DNA of 64,000 nt from an uncultured Gammaproteobacteria bacterium (GTDB lineage: Bacteria; Patescibacteriota; Patescibacteriia; JAHIZJ01), in contig CAYJKP010000001.1 in the NCBI GenBank assembly GCA_964371245.1, positions 187,042 to 251,041 on the forward strand. Reading direction: 5' to 3'. The position numbers and the translations under genes are program-made. Each line of letters opens with the position of its first letter. Within the stretch, counting starts at the first letter, position 1. Under the pieces are notes generated by a model that was given only the letters and a program-made list of their open reading frames with translations, had not been told where the DNA came from and ran no database searches. Of this stretch, positions 58,783 to 64,000 are shown one piece after another.

Positions 58783-59955
58783 ATGGCTAGACAAAAAAAA
58801 GAACGTTTTATTTTTACCTCAGAGTCAGTTACCGAAGGTCATCCCGATAAAGTGTGTGACCAGATTTCTGACGCGGTGTTGGACGAACTTCTCCGTCAGG
58901 ACCCGAGCAGCCGTTGTGCCTGTGAAGTATTAGTGACCACGGGTTTGGTTGTTGTTGTCGGTGAAATTCACACACGCGGGTATGTCGATGTTCAAAAAAT
59001 TGTCCGTCAAACGATAAAAGACATCGGGTATGCCAATCATGACTATGGCTTCCACTGGGAAGATTGCGGAGTGATTGTGGCCATTGATGAACAAAGCGCC
59101 GACATCGCTCAGGGCGTGACCGGCCGAGGGAAATATAAACAGCAGGGGGCGGGGGATCAAGGATTAATGTTTGGATACGCGACCGATGAGACGCCAGAAT
59201 ACATGCCCTTACCAATCATTATGGCTCATAAGCTGGCACGAAAATTAACTGATGTTCGTAAAAAGGGCGTTTTACCGTACCTCCGACCCGATGGTAAGAC
59301 AGAAGTCGCCATCGAATACGTTAATGGTCGACCGGTCCGTTTGGAGACGGTTGTGATCGCCGCTCAGCACGACGAACACGTGTCTGAACAGAAGTTGGAA
59401 CGGGATATTATTGCGAAAGTCATTAAACCGGTCGCCGGTAAATACTTCGATCGTCGCACGCGCGTGTTTGTAAACGCGACCGGTCGTTTTGTCAAAGGCG
59501 GTCCGCCGGCCGATTCCGGTTTAACCGGTCGCAAAATCATCGTCGACACCTATGGTGGGTACGCCCGTCATGGCGGCGGCTGCTTCTCAGGTAAAGATCC
59601 GTCAAAGGTCGACCGTTCGGCCGCGTATATGGCTCGCTATGTGGCGAAAAACATTGTGGCAGCCGGTTTAGCGAAGAAATGCGAAGTGCAGGTGGCATAT
59701 GTTATTGGTTTTGCCGAGCCGATTAGCATCCTCGTGGACACATTTGGAACCGGCGAATTGTCGAATGAAAGGATCGTATCTATTATCCGGAAACACTTTG
59801 ATTTGACCCCGGGTGGCATCATCAAACACTTGAAACTCCGCCGGCCGATCTACAAGAAAACGGCCGCCTACGGACATTTCGGCCGACGCGAAGCCGAATT
59901 CACGTGGGAAAAAACGGATCTCGTGCCGACGCTGCGACGTTACCTCAGGGCTTAA
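58783..59955 (+). CDS. metK: S-adenosylmethionine synthetase
   Basis: [41 protein letters not shown]. 390 aa. Confidence 0.95.
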   Translation: MARQKKERFIFTSESVTEGHPDKVCDQISDAVLDELLRQDPSSRCACEVLVTTGLVVVVGEIHTRGYVDVQKIVRQTIKDIGYANHDYGFHWEDCGVIVAIDEQSADIAQGVTGRGKYKQQGAGDQGLMFGYATDETPEYMPLPIIMAHKLARKLTDVRKKGVLPYLRPDGKTEVAIEYVNGRPVRLETVVIAAQHDEHVSEQKLERDIIAKVIKPVAGKYFDRRTRVFVNATGRFVKGGPPADSGLTGRKIIVDTYGGYARHGGGCFSGKDPSKVDRSAAYMARYVAKNIVAAGLAKKCEVQVAYVIGFAEPISILVDTFGTGELSNERIVSIIRKHFDLTPGGIIKHLKLRRPIYKKTAAYGHFGRREAEFTWEKTDLVPTLRRYLRA

Positions 59956-59984
59956 TCGTTAACTAAGAAGAAATCTGTAACGCT

Positions 59985-61268
59985 ATGAAAATAACAGTCA
60001 TCGGCACGGGCTATGTGGGCTTAGTGACCGGAACGTGTCTTGCTGAGATAGGGCATCAGGTTACCTGTCTTGATATTGATCAGCGGAAGATCGCGGGCTT
60101 ACGACGCGGAATCCTGCCGATCTATGAGCCAAAGCTCGATAGCTTGGTACAAAAAAATATTCGCGCCAAACGATTGTTTTTTACCACAAGTTATCCTGAA
60201 GCGATTCAAGACAGCCTGGTTATTTTTATTGCCGTCGGGACGCCAGCCCGCCCGGACGGAAAAGCCAACTTGCGCTACGTCTACGAGGCGGCTAAGTCAG
60301 TGGCCAGGCATATGTCCGACTACAAAGTGATCGTCGATAAAAGCACTGTCCCGGTCGGCACGGCTCAAGCGGTCAAGAAAATAATCAAACGTCATTATGC
60401 CGGTCGCTTCGATATCGTTTCGTGTCCCGAATTTCTTCGCGAAGGCTCGGCGATCAAAGACTTCATGCGGCCGGACCGCGTCGTTATCGGCGGCGATAAC
60501 CGAAAAGCCACAAACATTCTACTCGACGTCTTCAAGCCAATTCACGGAATGAAACTGGTGACAAATCTTGAAAGTGCCGAGCTGATCAAATATGCCTCAA
60601 ATGCTTTTCTGGCGACGAAAATATCGTTCATCAATGAGATCTCAAATATCTGTGACATCGTTGGCGCTGATGTCGGGGAGGTTGCCTATGGTATGGGCCT
60701 AGATCGGCGCATCGGTCCGCATTTTCTCCATGCCGGTGTCGGGTATGGCGGCAGCTGCTTTCCGAAAGACGTCAGCGCGCTAAAACAAATGGCCGGATCG
60801 AATGGCTACGATTTTCAGTTACTAAAGGCTGTGATTGAGGTAAATCATCGTCAGCGGTCCGTCGTCCTGGCGAAGGCAAAAAAAATGCTCAGCTCCCTTC
60901 GCAATAAGAAAATCGGCGTCCTCGGGTTGGCCTTTAAAAACAACACCGACGACGTTCGAGAATCAGCTGCTATCGACATCATTCGGTTACTAGAAAGAAA
61001 ACGGGCCAAGGTGACCGCCTTTGATCCGGTGGCGAGACGAAACGCGATCAAACTATTGCCGGGCACCACGATCGTCGGAAGCGCCTATAGCGCCTGCCGT
61101 AAAAAGGACTTGATTATCATCGCTACCGAATGGCCTGAGTTTAGAGCTTTGGATTGGACTCGGATCAAACGGCTCATGAACAGACCGAACATAGTTGACG
61201 GACGGAACCTTTTAGACCAAAATAAAATGCGTAAACTCGGCTTTCATTACGTGAGTATTGGGCGTTAA
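59985..61268 (+). CDS. ugd: UDP-glucose 6-dehydrogenase
   Basis: ITVIGTGYVGLVTG Rossmann, catalytic GGSCFPKD. 427 aa. Confidence 0.9.
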   Translation: MKITVIGTGYVGLVTGTCLAEIGHQVTCLDIDQRKIAGLRRGILPIYEPKLDSLVQKNIRAKRLFFTTSYPEAIQDSLVIFIAVGTPARPDGKANLRYVYEAAKSVARHMSDYKVIVDKSTVPVGTAQAVKKIIKRHYAGRFDIVSCPEFLREGSAIKDFMRPDRVVIGGDNRKATNILLDVFKPIHGMKLVTNLESAELIKYASNAFLATKISFINEISNICDIVGADVGEVAYGMGLDRRIGPHFLHAGVGYGGSCFPKDVSALKQMAGSNGYDFQLLKAVIEVNHRQRSVVLAKAKKMLSSLRNKKIGVLGLAFKNNTDDVRESAAIDIIRLLERKRAKVTAFDPVARRNAIKLLPGTTIVGSAYSACRKKDLIIIATEWPEFRALDWTRIKRLMNRPNIVDGRNLLDQNKMRKLGFHYVSIGR

Positions 61269-61290
61269 ACGCCGTCGTTAGCCAAAAAAC

Positions 61291-62241
61291 ATGAAAATTA
61301 TCGTCACGATACCCGCTTTTAATGAAGCGGCTAATATTACTGAGGTTATTACTGAAATACCTCGCCGGATCAATGGCGTGGATAAAGTTGAAGTCCTTGT
61401 CATTGATGACGGATCAACCGACCGAACAGTCGAGCTGGCCAAACAGGCAGGCGCCGATTATGTCCTGTTGAATGGGGTAAATAAAGGCCTGGCCTACACG
61501 TTTCAACGATTGATCGAAGAGGCGTTACAGAGAGGTGCAGATATTGTCGTGAACACGGATGGCGATAACCACTATAACCAGTCACGCATTTCCGAACTCG
61601 TCGCTCCGATCTTGGAGAAACGGGCTGATATCGTCATCGGTGACCGCGAGGTGAAAAAACTAGAACACATGCCGGCCGCGAATAAATATTTTAATTTGAT
61701 CGGAAGCTACTGCGTTTCGCGGATGATCGGATTAAAAAAAACGCTTGACGTCTCAACCGGCTTTCGGGCGTACAATCGGGAGGCCGCCATGCGGATCTCG
61801 ATCTTTTCAAAACACACGTATACGCACGAAACGTTGATCCAGGCGCTTGATCACAACTTGGCGATCGCCCAAGTGCCAATTCGTGCCCGCAAAGTAACGC
61901 GGAAATCGCGTCTCATTTCGAATATTCCAAAACACCTGGTAAAATCTCTCATCGTCATATTTCGGGTGTTTACGATCTATAAACCACTTCGCGTCTTATC
62001 GACACTCGGACTGTGCGTATTTCTACCCGGTTTTATTCTGGTGCTCCGTTTTCTCTATTTTTACTTTTTTACCGCCCGGGGCGGCGAAGGCCACATCCAA
62101 TCCCTGATCATCGCGGCAATATTCATCCTCCTTGGTTTTCAAATATTCATTCTTGGCTTAATCGCTTCGGCCATCGGCTGGAACCGGAAAATGTCGGAAG
62201 AAATATTGTACCGGATTAAAAAAGAGTCGCTCAAAGAATGA
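61291..62241 (+). CDS. Glycosyltransferase family 2 with C-terminal TM helices (GtrB/DPM-like)
   Basis: IVTIPAFNEA, DDGSTD, DGD. Two C-terminal TMs. Confidence 0.75.
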   Translation: MKIIVTIPAFNEAANITEVITEIPRRINGVDKVEVLVIDDGSTDRTVELAKQAGADYVLLNGVNKGLAYTFQRLIEEALQRGADIVVNTDGDNHYNQSRISELVAPILEKRADIVIGDREVKKLEHMPAANKYFNLIGSYCVSRMIGLKKTLDVSTGFRAYNREAAMRISIFSKHTYTHETLIQALDHNLAIAQVPIRARKVTRKSRLISNIPKHLVKSLIVIFRVFTIYKPLRVLSTLGLCVFLPGFILVLRFLYFYFFTARGGEGHIQSLIIAAIFILLGFQIFILGLIASAIGWNRKMSEEILYRIKKESLKE

Positions 62242-63305
62242 CTGTACTTTTTATCACGCGCAAATATCCGCCCCAGGTCGGAGGCATGGAGAATTACAGC
62301 TATGGCTTGGTTTCCCACCTGGCCATCCGGACGCGGCTGATCGCGCTCAAACATTCGCAATTACATCTTATTTGGTTTCTGCCCTATGCCTTCATCGCCG
62401 GGCTTTTTTTGTCATGGCGGGCCGAAGTAATATATCTTTGCGACGGTTTATTGGCGCCGCTGGGCTATCTCTTGAAAATGCTGACGCGGAAACCGGTCTG
62501 TATCACAATCCACGGCTTAGACGTTACCTATCAGAATCGGCTCTATCAAAAAGTGAATGTTGGCAGCCTGCGAAAGCTGGATCGAGTCTTTTGCGTCAGC
62601 CGTTCCACCATCGAAGAATGCGTCAAACGCGGGATTGATCGAGACAAGTGCGTGTATATCCCGAATGGCGTTCAGATTCCCAATATCCCTGAGACGTACA
62701 CACGCGAGCAACTTGAAAAGCTAGTCCGGCGACCGCTCGCCGGGAAGAAAATAATCCTTTCGGTTGGCCGGCTGGTCGCACGCAAGGGGACAGCGTGGTT
62801 TATCCGCGAAGTCTTGCCGCTTTTGCCCGATGACATGATCTATCTGGTCGCCGGCGACGGACCCGAGCGCCAACGCGTTGAAGCGGCGGTTTCAGAAAAG
62901 AACCTGTCAGAACGCGTTTGCCTCCTTGGCCAGGTGAGTGAGTCGGAGCGCGAATTATTGTTTCGAACCGCTGATGTTTTTGTGATGCCAAACCGGCGGG
63001 TACCTGGCGATATGGAGGGTTTTGGCATTGTGGCGATCGAGGCGGCTGGCCGGGGCTTGCCAGTGGTAGTTGCCCGGCTCGAAGGTTTAGCTGATGCCAT
63101 CAGCGATGGTGAGAACGGGTACCTTGTCGATAGCGAAAACGCCGGAGCGTTTGCCAGAAAAATACGGGAACTGTTGAATGACCCGGGTCTCGCCGGCCTA
63201 TCCGAACGTTTTGCCGCCTACACGAAAAAATATTATAATTGGAAATACGTCAGCCATCTCTATCTTGATGAATTAAAGAAGCATTTTGGCAATGCGACGG
63301 ATTAA
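62238..63305 (+). CDS. Glycosyltransferase family 1
   Basis: 355 aa. GT-B fold. EGFGIV-like motif (MEGFGIVAIEAAGRGLPVV). Confidence 0.75.
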   Translation: MTVLFITRKYPPQVGGMENYSYGLVSHLAIRTRLIALKHSQLHLIWFLPYAFIAGLFLSWRAEVIYLCDGLLAPLGYLLKMLTRKPVCITIHGLDVTYQNRLYQKVNVGSLRKLDRVFCVSRSTIEECVKRGIDRDKCVYIPNGVQIPNIPETYTREQLEKLVRRPLAGKKIILSVGRLVARKGTAWFIREVLPLLPDDMIYLVAGDGPERQRVEAAVSEKNLSERVCLLGQVSESERELLFRTADVFVMPNRRVPGDMEGFGIVAIEAAGRGLPVVVARLEGLADAISDGENGYLVDSENAGAFARKIRELLNDPGLAGLSERFAAYTKKYYNWKYVSHLYLDELKKHFGNATD

Positions 63306-64000
63306 TCTCGAGTCCATTCTTTTTACCGTTGTTCTTCTGGCATGTTTACTTATTGCTGGACTGACTGGGCTCAGCGTCTTTTCGGTTTTTACGAAGGAGA
63401 TCGTCGGCTACCTAGGGCTGGCGCTTTTTGGCTTGCCGCTGCTCTGGCTGATCGTCTCGCGTCGGCAGACCATACTTACCATCCAGCGGAAGGAAATTCT
63501 TTTTTTATTAGTACTTATTTTAGCCGTCACGCTGAGCGGTTTCTTCCATCATGACATTCCTGAAGGACGGGACGATATGGGTTATATCGCCGCCGCCGCA
63601 AAAATAACCGAAAGCCATTCACTCTCCTTTACCGATGTAATTTCACGGCCGTATCACCCTTTTCGCGACCTTGGCAATGACACCTTTACCTCCCAATTTT
63701 TACCCGGCTACACGTCGTATTTGGCCGGTTTCTACGACTTTGGGGGGCTTCATTCACTCCAGGTCGGCAACATCGTGATTCTGCTTCTGACATTGGTCGC
63801 GATGTATTATATTGTCAAAAATCTTGCTGACGAAAAAACGGCCTGGCTGACAATCATGCTCTATTTTACCGCCTACACCACGCTCTGGTTTTCGCGACGC
63901 ACCAACTCGGAAAACCTGCTCATTCTTTTGCTGCTTTTTGGCAGTTGGGCATTGTTGCGAGGTTTGCGTGAACGCCGGGCGCAGTATTTCGCAATCAGCG
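63292..64000 (+). CDS. GT-C family glycosyltransferase (PMT/ArnT-like), 3' truncated at window end
   Basis: ATG at 63292 opens a frame to the window end (absent from the ORF track because no stop is reached). Multi-TM. DE-type motif in the first loop (HHDIPEGRDDMGYIAAAAKI). Confidence 0.5.
   Translation, partial: MRRINLESILFTVVLLACLLIAGLTGLSVFSVFTKEIVGYLGLALFGLPLLWLIVSRRQTILTIQRKEILFLLVLILAVTLSGFFHHDIPEGRDDMGYIAAAAKITESHSLSFTDVISRPYHPFRDLGNDTFTSQFLPGYTSYLAGFYDFGGLHSLQVGNIVILLLTLVAMYYIVKNLADEKTAWLTIMLYFTAYTTLWFSRRTNSENLLILLLLFGSWALLRGLRERRAQYFAIS

Overview
This 64 kb window reads as a gene-dense bacterial chromosome segment at about 50-55% GC, with more than 90% coding and almost everything on the + strand. 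Many promoters match the sigma-70 consensus (TTGACA-17-TATAAT), and tiny overlaps between gene ends and starts are common. The gene content looks like a reduced CPR/Patescibacteria-type genome: minimal aaRSs, several type IV pilins, and many unknown membrane or secreted proteins. That affiliation is a guess.

Housekeeping genes, in order:
- secY (5' truncated at the window edge), adk, map, ruvX, a WecA/MraY-family GT4, a PfkB kinase and rplU.
- recR, ybaB and dnaB on the - strand, then a divergent dnaQ-like exonuclease.
- tRNA-Lys and a P2-type cation ATPase.
- asnS, a GAD-less aspS, a YbaK-like deacylase, scpA, scpB, a D,D-carboxypeptidase, tpiA and fba.
- Three tandem type IV pilin-like paralogs, then gap and tRNA-Glu.
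- A CIRCE/HrcA heat-shock operon: hrcA, grpE, hsp20, dnaK, two unknown genes, dnaJ.
- cysS on the - strand, dnaX, tRNA-Gln, trxB and a mutY-like glycosylase.
- A glycosylation cluster: GT2, a UDP-xylose-synthase-like gene, metK, ugd, GT2, GT1, and a GT-C gene cut off at the window end.

No CRISPR array, transposase, integrase or reverse transcriptase was seen.

The observations that most deserve a second look:
1. A 1 kb island at about 64-66% GC (24.6-25.6 kb) encoding an unknown acidic protein. It has its own consensus promoter, a GTCCTA-N6-TAGGAC palindrome at the predicted +1, a strong SD and its own terminator. This looks horizontally acquired.
2. A 21-nt duplication of the tRNA-Lys 3' end bracketing a 149-bp highly structured insert, which is att-site-like. 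The insert shares an identical 20-nt hairpin with a structured region downstream of dnaK.
3. Three diverging type IV pilin paralogs embedded inside the tpiA-fba-gap glycolytic operon.
4. A - strand operon pairing a CorA-family channel (GMN changed to GLM) with a membrane-anchored stand-alone ClpB/ClpC D1 AAA+ module.
5. An orphan VirD4/TraG-like coupling ATPase.
6. An HtrA-like PDZ protein that has apparently lost its catalytic triad.
7. A UDP-xylose-capable glycosylation cluster.

I ran no database searches, so all family assignments come from motif recognition in the supplied translations.
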